A stretch of 62,848 nt of DNA, counting the filler, from Chiloscyllium plagiosum (Eukaryota): NCBI RefSeq assembly GCF_004010195.1. It is 3 parts of one record of this genome, joined end to end, with 100 filler letters (N's around TTAATTAATTAA, not from the genome) between each part and the next. Parts side by side here need not be neighbours in the genome. Positions count along the whole stretch, not along the records: positions 1 to 27,483 come from NC_057713.1; positions 27,584 to 53,260 come from NC_057713.1; 1 more part is not named here. One strand, given 5' to 3'. Of the stretch, positions 25,146 to 37,044 are shown one piece after another. Every line of letters starts with the position of its first letter. Positions within the stretch are counted from its first letter, which is position 1. The notes beneath the pieces are model-generated. The model was not told the origin of the DNA and did not search any database. It saw only the letters and a list, made by a program, of their open reading frames with translations. The position numbers were made by a program, and so were the translations under genes.

Positions 25146-27097
25146 AAGACCATAAGACATAGGAGCGGAAGTAAGGCCATTCGGCCCATCGAGTCCACTC
25201 CGCCATTCAATCATGGCTGATGGGCATTTCAACTCCACTTACCTGCATTCTCCCCGTAGCCCTTAATTCCTTGTGACATCAAGAATTTATCAATTTCTGC
25301 CTTGAAGACATTTAGCGTCCCAGCCTCCACTGCACTCTGTGGCAATGAATTCCAAGGCCCACCACTCTCTGGCTGAAGAAATGTCTCCGCATTTCTGTTC
25401 TGAATTTAACCCCTCTAATTCTAAGGCTGTGTCCACGGGTACTAGTCTCCTCGCCTAACGGAAACAATTTCCTAGCATCCACCCTCTCCAAGCCATGTAT
25501 TATCTTGTAAGATTCTATTAGATCTCCCCTTAATCTTCTAAACTCCAACGAATACAATCCCAGTATCCTCAGCCGTTCCTCATATGTTAAACCTACCCTT
25601 CCAGGGATCATCCATGTGAATCTCCGCTGGACACGCTCCAGTGCCAGTATGGCCTTCCTGAGGTGTGGGGACCAAAACCGGACACAGTACTCCAAATGGG
25701 GCCTAACCAGAGCTTTATAAAGTCTCAGTAGCACAACAGTGCTTTTATATTCCAACCCCCTTGAGATAATTGACAACATTGCATTCACTTTCTTAATCAC
25801 GGACTCAACCTGCACGTTTACCTTTAGAGAATCCTCGACTAGAACTCCCAGATCCCTTTGTGCTTTGGCTTTATTAATTTTCTCACCATTTAGAAAGTAG
25901 TCTATGCTTTTATTATTTTTGCCAAAGTGCAAGACCTCGCACTTGCTCACATTAAATTCCATCAGCCATTTCCTGGACCACTCCTCCAAACTGTCTAGAT
26001 CCTTCTGCAGCCTCCCCACTTCCTCAGTACTACCTGCCTGTCCACCTAACTTCGTATCATCGGCAAACTTCGCTAGAATACCCCCGGTTCCCTCATCCAA
26101 ATCATTAATACATAATGCGAACAGCTGTGGCCCCAGCACCGAACCCCGCGGGACACCGCTCGTCACCGGCTGCCATTCTGAAAAAAAACCTTTTATCCCA
26201 ACTCTCTGCCTTCTGTCAGACAGCCAATCCTCAATCCATACCAGTAGCTCACCTCGAACACCATGGGCCCTCACCTTGCTCAGCAGCCTCCCGTGTGGCA
26301 CCTTATCAAAGGCCTTTTGAAAGTCTAGATAGACCACATCCACTGGGTCTCCCTGGTCTAACCTACTTGTTACCTCTTCAAAAAATTCCAACAGGTTTGT
26401 CAGGCATGACCTCCCTTTACTAAATCCATGTTGACTTGTTCTAATCAGACTCTGCTCTTCCAAGAATTTAGAAACCTCATCCTTAATGATGGATTCTAGA
26501 ATTTTACCAACAACCGAGGTTAAGCTGATTGGCCTATAATTTTCCATCTTTTGCCTTGATCCTTTCTTGAACAAGGGGGTTACAACAGCCATCTTATAAT
26601 CATCCGGGACCTTTCCTGACTCCAGTGACTCTTGAAAGATCTCAACCAATGCCTCTGCTATTTCCTCAGCCACCTCTCTCAGAACTCTAGGGTGTATCCC
26701 ATCGGGGCCAGGAGATTTATCAATTTTAAGACTTTTTAACTTTTCTAGCACTATCTCTTTCGTAATGGCAACCATACTCAACTCAGCCCCGTGACACCCT
26801 TTAATTTTTGAAATATTACTCATGTCTTCCACTGTGAAGACTGACGCAAAGTACTTGTTAAGTTCTCCTGCTATTTCCTTATCTCCCATCACTAGGCTTC
26901 CTGCATCAGTTTGAAGTGGCCCAATGTCTACTTTTGCCTGTCGTTTGTTTCTTATGTACTGAAAGAAACTTTTACTATTATTTCTAATATAACTGGCTAG
27001 CCTACCTTCATATTTGATCCTCTCATTTCTTATTACACTCTTTGTTATCCTCTGTTTGCTTTTATATCCCTCCCAATCTTCTGATTTCCCACTGTTC
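25146..27097 (-). mobile_element. 5'-truncated CR1 LINE with an open RT domain
   Basis: 605-aa ORF: KSPGPDGIHPRVL, NYRPISLTS, YLDFQKAFDKVPH, SGVPRGSVLGP, KFADDTK; frameshift near the end; TCTTATG tail. Confidence 0.95.
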
Positions 27098-27099
27098 TT

Positions 27100-27483
27100 A
27101 AAATAAAAACGTCCTAGCTTGTCCAACATCTTCTATAACTCAAACCATTAAGTCCTGGCAACATCCTTGTAAATTTCTTCTGCACGCTTTCCAATTTAAT
27201 AAAATCCTTCCGATGGTAAGGTGACCAAAACTGAGCACAATACCCCAAGTGCGGCCTCACCAATATCCATACAACTCCAACATAACTTCCCAACTTCTGT
27301 ACTCAGTGCCCTGACTGATGAAGGTCAGTGTGCCAAAGCCTTCCTCACTGCCCTGTCTACCTGTGACTCCACTTTCAGAGAACACTGCACCTGAACTCAA
27401 AAGCCCCTCTGCTCCACTACATTCCTTAAGGTCCTACCATTCACCATGAAACATATCTATATTAAACTCTATTTGCCATTTCT
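27100..27483 (-). mobile_element. CR1 3' fragment
   Basis: Reverse-strand match to the LVRPHL...FWSP region. Confidence 0.65.
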
Positions 27484-27583
27484 NNNNNNNNNNNNNNNNN
27501 NNNNNNNNNNNNNNNNNNNNNNNNNNNTTAATTAATTAANNNNNNNNNNNNNNNNNNNNNNNNNNNNNNNNNNNNNNNNNNNN
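27484..27583. other. Artificial scaffold join (44 N + TTAATTAATTAA + 44 N)
   Basis: Exactly 100 bp; identical structure at 53261-53360. Confidence 0.95.
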
Positions 27584-28997
27584 AGTCTCCCAGGCAAGGT
27601 GCCCCCTTACCAGTTTGCTGTTTTTGGACAAGGTGAGGACAGTTAGGGAATATTGCCATAACCCAATAGTCATCAATACTGTTAAAGCATGGAGGGCAGT
27701 TCGGTAGAGGGAAGGTAATATTGGCAAAACATCTTTGTTTACACCTTTAGTGGGTATGCCGAGTTTTCAACCAGGTATGATAGATTCAGGATTTAAACGT
27801 TGGGCAGCTCGGGGTATATCTTGCATGGGTGATTTATTTGAGGGAGATGTAATGATGTCCTTCGATCAGTTAGCACAGAAGTACAAGTTACCTAATAGAG
27901 ATCTCTTTCGTTTTTTCAAGTTTTATTCAAAAAAGGACCACACTTTTGACTGATCCCTACAAATCTGACATAGAAAGAGGGGTACTAAGGGCTAAGAGTA
28001 CACTCTCTGTCAGTACTCTATATCACCAATTGGGGGGTGCCACCTCAGATGAGTCTGATCGATTCTGCAAGATGTGGGAAAGAGAGCTGGGTGTTGAAGT
28101 TTCCTCAGAGGTATGGGAGGATATTTGGGAGAATGCAAGGAAGATATCAATTTGCAATAGGACCCATGCTTTACAGTTGAAGATCCTCCACAGGGTCCAC
28201 TTAGCCCCAGACCGTTTGTCAAAATTTAAACCAGAAGTATCTTCAGCGTGTCCCAAGTGCAAGGTCTGCACGGGTACTCTTACCCATTGTCTTTGGTCTT
28301 GTGACAGGCTTCAAACATATTGGAGTGCTGTGGTGGGTGCAATGGAGAGGATTTTAGGTGTAGGGGTGGGGAAGGACCCTATTTCGCTCCTTTTGGGCCT
28401 ATCCATTGCATTTCCTGCAGACTCGCATAAGGCAAAACTTTCCAATATTCTTACATGCTGTGCAAGGAAGAATATCTTGCTGGGTTGGATATCAGAAACC
28501 CCCCAGGCCTGTCAGGTTGGCAGAAGAGTGTTATGGAGCATATACCCCTGGATTCTCTCACAAATATGGTACACCACAAAACTGAGAATTTTAACAAGAC
28601 ATGGCAACCCTTTTTGAAATACCTGGACACAGATTTATCTGCCACACTAACAAGGGCTTTAATATAGCCGTAACGATTGTCTTTCATGAGTCCAGGGAGG
28701 AGGAACTGTGAATGTCTGAGTGTTTTGTTTGGCTGGGCTGAGTTATTACTAATTATTTGTTTGTTGTTAGGTATTTATTTAATTAGTTAAATAGCTAGTT
28801 TAGTTTTTTTTTAAATTTTACACTTCTCTATATATGTTTATACATTCGTATAGGAGGGTGGGTTGGGGAATATTTTCTTATTATTTGGGTTTAGTTTTGT
28901 ACTATTTTTGTACTGTTTTGAATTGCATTGTTTTGTATTTGTTGTAATATTTAAAAATCTATTTTTTCTTAATAAAAATATATTATATTTTAAAAAA
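27584..28997 (+). mobile_element. L1-clade LINE 3' end
   Basis: QLKILHRVHLAP...CPKC-x5-TLTHCLWSC zinc knuckle; T-rich 3' UTR; AATAAA at 28971 with an A-rich end. Confidence 0.85.
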
Positions 28998-28999
28998 TG

Positions 29000-29985
29000 A
29001 TGGGATATATCCATACCTGTTTAATCATGGTCTGACTGGGGATAGACAGCATGGCTTCGTGAATGGGAAACTGTGCTTGATGAATTGTTGGAGTTTTCGT
29101 GATGGCACTCACAAAATAAATAAAGGAAAGCTGATGGATGTGGTGTACTTAGATTTCCAGACAGCCACCCAATAAAACCCCCACAGGAGGCTGGTTTCCA
29201 AGATTAAAGTATCTTAAAGGGGTAGGAGATAATGCACAGGCAGGGATTAATGATTGGCTGACAGGAAGGCAGGGATTAATGATTGGCTGACAGAGAGGCA
29301 GGGATTAATGATTGGCTGACAGACAGGATGATGAACTGTGTGGTTCTCACGTTGACAGACTGTGATCGTGGGGTACCTCAACAATCAGTACACGGACCCC
29401 AGCTGTTCCCAATCGAGATCAATGATTGGGAGGTGGGGGCCACACGGAATATTTCCAAATGTGTGGATAATATGAAGTTTAAGTGGGAGTGTGTGTTTGT
29501 GGGGAAGATGTAAAGCAACTTCAGGACAATTTAGACAGGAATACTGAGTAGAGAAGAACGTGAAAGATGGAATGAAATGTGGAAAAATGTGAGGTTATTC
29601 ACTCTGGTGGGAGACACAGATGGGCAGTGTATTTCTGAAATGGTGAGAGGTTGGAAAGTGTAGCTGTACAGAGGGACCAAGGTGTTCTTGTTGGTAAATC
29701 ACTGAAGGCTAACCTGCAGACACAGCACGTTATTAGGAAGGTTAATGGAATGTGAGTCTTTATTGTAAGATTATTGGAAGAACAAGAGCTGGGCCATCTT
29801 GTTTCAGTTGGTTAGACCGCACCAGGAGTACGGCACGTTTAGTTTCCTTATCTCAGGAAAAATATTACAGCAATTGAATGATACAAGACAGGTTCACCAG
29901 ACTGGTTCATGGGGCTGTTCAGTGCAGAGAAATGTGAGATGATACACTTTGGAACAAAAAACATTGAGAGACAGTGTGATATAAT
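29000..29985 (+). mobile_element. Old CR1 RT fragment containing a 28-bp triplication (29239-29327)
   Basis: QHGFV, VVYLDFQ, GVPQQSV.GPQLF motifs with stops; GGCAGGGATTAATGATTGGCTGACAG x3. Confidence 0.75.
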
Positions 29986-29989
29986 GAGT

Positions 29990-30280
29990 TGATAAAATGT
30001 GAAGCTGGAAAGACACAGGAGGTCAGGCAGCATCGGAGGGGTGGGAAAGTTGACGTTTTGGGTCAAGACCCTTCATCAGGACTGGGGAGGGGGAAGGGAG
30101 CTCAGAAATAAATAGGGGCCGTGGGGCTGGGGGAAAGGCAGGTGGAATGGTGATAGCTAGATGCGAGCTTCAGGGTGAAAGGGGTTTGCAGTGGGAGAGA
30201 GACTCACTAAGATCTTTTCAGAGGGAGGAGGAAAACATCTTCAAGGTGGGATCCTTGGAAGAGGCTTTGCAGTAAGGTTA
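29990..30280 (-). mobile_element. PLE terminal fragment with hammerhead-like motif
   Basis: On -: CTGATGA-A-GGGTCTTGACCC-AAAA-CGTC, followed by GATGCTGCCTGACCTCCTG. Confidence 0.7.
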
Positions 30281-30597
30281 CAGCAACTTAATAAGTACTG
30301 AAGTCCAGAAAGGGTTCCGAGGCAACTATTTGTACAGAGGCTCCTTAGTCTTTACAAAGCCAGGTTTTCCTGTAATTAAGGTAATAAAGGTATGTCTTTG
30401 AAAGTTTACCTAAGCTACTTTCTCCAAAATTATTTGATTTTTCCATAAACAGCACACGCATTGTTGTCCTCACTCTGTGATAAAACTCTGTGTAACCCAG
30501 AAGTTGTCTAAACTATCATATATTTTCTAAATCTTCCATCTAGTCCTGAAGCAGAAATATGTATTCCCAGCAAGTGCTGATACAAAGCTAAAGATTT

Positions 30598-33500
30598 CAC
30601 AGATCAAAGAACAATCCAGCACAAGAACAGGCCCTTCGGCCCTTCAAGCCTGAACCAACACATTTTGCCCTTCCATACTAAAACTGTCTTCACTTACAGG
30701 ATCCGGATCCCTCTATTCCCTTCCTATTCATGTGTCCATCCAGGTGTTTCTCGAATGCTGTTATAGTGCTTGTTTCCACCCCCTCCTCTGGCAGCGCATT
30801 CCAGGCACTCACCACCCTCTGTGTGAAAACCTACCTCACACATCTCTTTTAAACATGTCCCCACCCCATACCTTGTCTCTGTGTCCCCCAGTAATTGACC
30901 CTCCACTCTGGGAGCTTCTCACCCTATCCATGCCATTCACAATCTTATAAACTTCTATCAGGTCACCCCTCAGTGTCCTGCGTTCCAGTGAAAACAAACC
31001 TAGTCTATCCAATCTTTCTTCATAGCTCAAATCCCCCAGATCAGGCAACATCCTGGTAAACCTTTTCTGTCCCCTCTCCAAAGAATCCACATCCTTCTGG
31101 AAATGTGGTGTCCGCAATATTCCAAGTGCGGTCTCACTAAAGTTTTATACGCTGCAGCATAACTTGTCTATCCTTATACTCAATGCCCTTTCTAATGAAG
31201 GCAAACATGCCATAGACTTTTTAACTCCCTTATCTACCTGCACTGCCCCCTTCAGTAATCTGTGAACCTGCACACCCAGATCTCCCGGCATAACAATATT
31301 CCTAAGGGTTCTGCCATTCACTGTATAATTTCCACCTGCACTTGACCTTCTAAAATGCATCACCTCACACTAGTTTAAACCCTCCCCAACCACACAACCA
31401 AGTCCCAAGTACCACAATCTCACCCCAGTCCTGCCCAGGTGAATATCTCAACATGAACATTTCACAGGACAAATTCTGTCAAATCCTCACATTTGTCCGG
31501 ATTAAACTCCATCCGCCATTTCTCTGTCCATGCCTCCAAATGATCTATATCCTATTGTATCCTCTGACAATCCTCCTCACTATCTGCAACTCCCTCAATC
31601 TTTGTATTATTTGCAAACTTACTAATTAGACCAGCTACGTTTTCCTCCAAATCGTTCATGTAGATCATGAACAGCAGATGTCCCAGCACTGATCCCTGTG
31701 GAGCATCACTAGTCACAGCCCTCCATTCTGAAAAGCATCCTTCCCCCGCTCCCCTCTGTCTCCTGTGACTAAGCCAGTTCTGTATCCATCTTGCCATCTC
31801 ATCCTGACACCATGTGACTTCACCTTTTGTATCAGTCTGCCATGAGGGANNNNNNNNNNNNNNNNNNNNGAACATCACTCGTCACAGCCCTCCATTCTGA
31901 AAAGCATCCTTCCCCCGCTCCCCTCTGTCTCCTGTGACTAAGCCAGTTCTGTATCCATCTTGCCATCTCATCCTGACACCATGTGACTTCACCTTTTGTA
32001 TCAGTCTGCCACGAGGGACCTTCTCAAAGGCTTTACTGAAGTCCATGTAGACAACATCAACTGCGTTTCCCTCATCAATCACCTTCATCACCTCCTGAAA
32101 AAACCCAATCAAGCTCACTAACGACCTCCCCCACAACCCCCCCCCCCCCCCCCATGCTGTCTATCTCTAATCAGCCCATTCACTTCTAAATGCTTATAGA
32201 TCTTATCCCTGAGAATCTTTTCCCAGTAATTTCCCTAGCACCGACATGAAGCTCACAGGCTTGTACCTTCCAGGATTATCCCTGCTACCCTTCTTAAACA
32301 ATGGGGCAACGTTGGGTATTCTCCAGTCCTCTGGGACCTCCCCTGTGGCTGGAGAGGATACAAAGATGTCTGTCAGTGTTCCAGCAATTTGTGCTCTTGC
32401 CTCCCTCAATATTCTGGGATAGATCCCATCAGGAGCAAGGGACTTATCTACCTGAATACTTTTTTAAAGATGCACAACACCTCTTCCTTTTTATTAGCAA
32501 CTTGGCTTAGAAACTCGACCCTCCCCTCCCTGAGATCATCCTCCCACCAATCCCTTCTCTTTGGTGAATAGTAACACAAAGTATTCATTTGGCACCTCAT
32601 CTCCCTGATCTGGCTCCACGCACAGATTCCCTCCATTGTCCTTGAGTGGGCCCACACTTTCCCTGGCTACCCTCTTGCTTTTCGAATTTGTATAAAAGGC
32701 TTGGGATTCTCCGTAATCCTGTTTGCTAACAATTGGTCATGACCCCATTAAGCCCTTCCAATTCCTCGGTTAAGTTCTTTCCTATGTTCCTGTTATATTT
32801 CAAAGGCTTTGAAAATTCCCATCCTCCTAGACCTTCCCTTTTTTTTCTGACCAAGAACATAACATCCCTGATTACCCAAGGATCATACACTGTGCCATAT
32901 CCAATCTTCATTCATGCAGGCATGTGCTGCTCCTGAACTCTTATCAACTGCCATCTGAAATACTCCCACATGCTCAATGTGGATTTATCCTCAAACAGCT
33001 CCCTCCAATCAACATCTCCAGTTCCTGCCAAATATTATTTTAGCTCAATTTCCTCCAATTTAAGACCTTTCCCTGAGGACTGCTGTTATCTTACAAGGTA
33101 CAGTATTATAGTCATTACTCTCAAAATGCTCCTCCACTCAAACTTCATTCACTTGGCAGGGCTCACATTCCCAAAACCAGGTCCAGTATAACCACTTCCC
33201 TGATTGGACAGTTTACATACTGTGTCAAGAAAGCCTCCTGAATGGGCCTGACAAATACTGCCCCATCCAAGCCCCCAAGCATGAAGTGAGTCCCAGTTAA
33301 TAAAAGGGAAGTTACAATCACCCACCACAACAAGCCTGCTGGTTTTACATCTTTCGAAAATACTCTCTCCTCTCACCCTCTGCTGGCTGTTGGGAGGCCT
33401 GTAGCATACCCCAACATTGTAGTTTCACCTTTCCTATTCCTGAGTTCTCCCCATAGTGTCTCTGATGTATTCCTCTTTCGGTACAGCTATGAGATACTTC

Positions 33501-34047
33501 TTTATCAGTAATGCAACGCCCCAATCCTTTTACATCCCTTTCTATCACACCTGAAACACTGAATTCCTAAGACATTCAGCTGCCAGTCCTGTCCCTCTTT
33601 CAGCTAAGTCTCTGTAATTACAATAATGACATAGTTCCAAGTTCTTTCCAAAGTTCTGAGTTCATCTCCCTTGCCTCTTATACTTTTTAACATGCATTTC
33701 CGACCACCTGCCCTGCTCTGTTCAGTAGCGTTTCCCTGCCTGGTCTTGGTTGTGTGGGTAAAAACACGGACTGCAGGCGCTGGAAACCAGAGTCTAGGTG
33801 AGAGTGGTGCTGGAAAAGCACAGCAGGTCAGGCAGAATCCGAGGAGCAGGAAAATCAACGTTGCGGGCAAAAGCCCTTCATCAGGAATATCCTTGCCTTG
33901 GTTTCTCCTTCGATTTCTGCACCTACTGCTCTATTCCTTTGGTTCCTGCCCCTGCCACAGTAGCTTAAACCCTCTCCAACCACTGCACCAAGTGTACAAC
34001 CAACCTGCCCACACTTCCATACACACCCTGGTCCTGCCCTGGTGAAA
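30598..34047 (-). mobile_element. Decayed, near-complete CR1 ORF2
   Basis: Collinear fragments: VVVGDCNFPFINW (EN), VPEDWRIPNVAPLFKKG, VYMDFSKAF, PQGSVLG, LRGDLIEVYKI. Confidence 0.9.
33752..33889 (-). mobile_element. PLE terminus with tail inserted in CR1
   Basis: GGACTGCAGGCGCTGG tail, GCTGGAAAAGCACAGCAGGTCAGGCAG and a hammerhead with GAAA changed to GCAA. Confidence 0.78.
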
Positions 34048-34494
34048 TCTCAATATGAACATCTCTCAGGACAAGTTCTGTCAAACCCTCACTGCAACAC
34101 AGAGAGTTGGACAGCAGAGCGGGAGAAGGGGGGGGGGGGGGAGAGAGCAGTAACATGTGGAGAGAAAGCAGGATAATGGAGAGAGAAAAGGAGAACGAGA
34201 AGAGAGAAGGAGTTTTAGGGAGATAGGAGGAGGCTGGGGAGAGAGGAGAAGCACAGGGAGAGAGCAGGAGAATGGGGAGAACATGACAATGAGGTGAAGA
34301 AAATGGTACGGAGAGAATAAAGTATGGTGTTTGGAACGCGTGTGTTTCTGTTTTATGAGAACTGAAAAAAAGTGGAGGGTTTGGACAATTAGTGGGTTAT
34401 AGAGCTAACCACTTGAGCTTTTTATGTCAGTTTATCAATATCTTTGATCACCTCATAACCTCTGAAAACCAAAGAGTAACTCGATTGTCAGACT

Positions 34495-34866
34495 TAGAAC
34501 ATAGAACATAGAACAGTACAGCACAGAACAGGCCCTTCAGCCCACGATGTTGTGTCGATCACTGATCCTCATGTATGCACCCTCAAATTTCTGTGACCAT
34601 ATGCATGTCCAGTAGTCTCTTAAATGTCCCCAATGACCTCGCTTCCACAACTGCTGCTGGCAACGCATTCCATGCTCTCACAACTCTCTGTGTAAAGAAC
34701 CCGCCTCTGACATCCCCTCTATACTTTCCTCCAACCATCTTAAAACTATGACCCCTCGTGTTAGTTATTTCTGCCCTGGGAAATAGTCTCTGGCTATCAA
34801 CTCTATCTATGCCTCTCATTATCTTGTATACCTCAATTAGGTCCCCTCTCCTCCTCCTTTTCTCCA
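34495..34866 (-). mobile_element. CR1 3' end, same young subfamily as 281-1272
   Basis: ORF ending ...GTFKRLLDMHMVTEI is near-identical to the first copy; (TTCTATG)3 tail. Confidence 0.92.
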
Positions 34867-35379
34867 GGCTTCTGCCTGAATGACCTATTACCCACTAAGA
34901 TTCTTCCAGCAGACTGCACCCAACAGCACAGTGATATCATCAGAACAGGAACTCAAAAATGTCACCTCATTCTACCCTTTCAGTTTAGACTTGTCATCAA
35001 CAGGGTTCTCACTAATTTCTTTGTGTACATGTGTCCTGCTGTGCTGTGCTGTCTAAGGCTGTCTGTGGATGAATGTGTGTGCTGGAGATAAAAGGCAAGA
35101 GAATAAGATCGGAGAATTATACACTTCAGAAGAGGCCCTTCAGCCCATCAAGTCTGCACCTGCAAAAAAAAGTCTAAGTTTACGTGAGTTGGTTGAGAAC
35201 CAGTTTAATACTGTGTTTAAAGCATTGGTATCATTCTAACAAAAGCTATTTTTGAGATGATTGAAAAGAACTGGTGAAAGTCTGGTTTGTTCTGGATAAC
35301 AGTCTTACTCTTTTGGTTTGACCTATGGAGAAGTGGGACTGGAGTTTCAGCAAACTCCTCTCATCGTCAGGGCTGTATC

Positions 35380-36650
35380 AAGTTTGGCAGCTAGCCTGGG
35401 ACGTTTGGGTGAGTAATGTGGGTTTAAACTAGAGAGGAACCTCAATCATTCAAAGGGCACGCGCAGGGAGTATTTCATTCAGTTAATTGAATGCTGGATA
35501 ATCGAATACAGGATAACTGAAGTTCTTCCGAACTAGTAATTAGGGAAGAATAAATAAACAGATACTGGATTTCACATATTGTAAAAGAAAGAGAAGATCA
35601 AAAATTATGAAAACTGTCTTAAAGGTGGAGAAGACTGATTTACAAGAACTAATTTAGGCCAAGTTAATAGAATTGAAGACAGGGTTAAATATGACATTTC
35701 CTGCAAAAAACTAAGAAGGCAGGGATAATTAAAGCACTGATTTGGGATTGGTGGAAATACAAGAGAGGCCAGGTATTCCAAACAGTGAGTTGTCAGTGTT
35801 GGTTGTGGTTATTATGGTGAAAGCAGTGCTGAAAATGTGTTGCTGGAAAAGCGCAGCAGGTCAGGCAGCATCCAAGGAACAGGAGAATCGACGTTTCGGG
35901 CATAAGTCCTGAAGAAGGACTGATCTCCAGCATCTGCAGACCTCACTTTCTCCTCTATGGTGAAAGCAGTCTCAATATGAAAACAAGAAATGACGTAGAG
36001 ACAAGTAGGATTTCAAATTGCAGAGAAAGAAAAGCAAATAGTTCTGTAATTACCAATTAAGGGATTTGAATTTGTGAAAGATAGAGAAAGAGAGAGCACT
36101 CGGGAGGCTGGAATTGAGAGAAAAGAATAAAGAGAGAGAACTCAAATAAGAAATCTGGTCGAGAAGTTCTGAAAAGATGCAGATGAAGGTTCTGTTGAGG
36201 AAACCCTAACCAAACCCTAAAGTCTAATAAGGAAGTATTTCTACTTGTACAGCCTCTATAGAAGGTTGGGGGGGGGTGGGGTGGGGTGGTTCATTTGGTA
36301 AAGCAACAAAACAAATAAAGTGGCCAAAGAAAAACTGGACAATGGCCATAATGGCCATTCAGAGCAGGCTGACAGGTAGCACACACGAGATTGATACAAT
36401 ACTGTCAGAAGAGCTTTTGTGGATTATGGAGCAGTAAGGTAGGTTGTTCTGTGTGTATGTGAATAAATTCTTGAAGCACACAGATAAAAGTGTTCAAATT
36501 GAGGGAAATAGCCGAGGCAAATCTACAGAATAGGTTAAAGCAAAGTAATTTTGACAAGTGGATACATTATGAATAAATGTGAAATATATTATTAGAAAAA
36601 TGATTCCCTCAGAAGAATTTTAATACTCAGTGCATCCAGTATTCCAAACC
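35380..36650 (+). mobile_element. Decayed Gypsy-type LTR retrotransposon gag region
   Basis: 36290-36530 reads FGKATKQIKWPKKNWT...QSRLTG..HE...LSEE..DY.AV..V.L...E.I.EAHR, resembling Gypsy/Gmr1 gag (SCAN-related capsid); possible decayed PBS at ~35385. Confidence 0.55.
35828..35955. mobile_element. 128-bp miniature PLE (family A) with inverted tail
   Basis: TSD TATGGTGAAAGCAGT at 35813-35827 and 35956-35970. Confidence 0.88.
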
Positions 36651-37044
36651 TCAAAAGTTGAAACTGCAAGACAGACGGCAATAATGCCCAACAGTTGGGA
36701 GTTGGATCAAAAGATTTACAAGAATGCTACCTGAATTGGAGGCTGGAGTCTTTTTCACTGAAGTGTACGAGAGGTCTATAAAATCTTGAGGCACATAGAT
36801 AAGGTAGATAGCCCACAGCCTTTCCACATGGTACTGGAATCTAAAACTAAAGAAGATAGGTTTAAGGTGAGAGAGAAGAGATATAGAAGGTGGTGAGTGT
36901 CTGGAATGGCTGCCAGAGCTAGTGGTGGAAGCAAATGTAATTTTGTCATTTTTGAAACATTTAAACAGATACATGTGTGGGAAAGCTGTGCAGGGATATG
37001 GACCAAACGCAGAAAAATGAGACTAGTTTAAATTGTGAAAGAAC

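Noticed and set aside
25312..27129. Active CR1 or domesticated RT gene
   Set aside because: No endonuclease domain, the first residues come from an adjacent CR1 fragment, and there is a terminal frameshift; an ordinary truncated copy.
31694..32018. ~145-bp direct repeat flanking a 20-N gap
   Set aside because: Near-identical overlap on both sides of a gap; typical unmerged contig ends.
34105..34320. Purine-rich tract (also 61280-61362)
   Set aside because: Low-complexity GA sequence with no further structure.
895..34866. Long-range inverted repeat between 895-1272 and 34495-34866
   Set aside because: Two independent copies of one young CR1 subfamily, separated by scaffold joins.
36201..36222. 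Telomere-like AACCCTAA pair (also 56104-56118)
   Set aside because: Only one or two units, inside other decayed elements.
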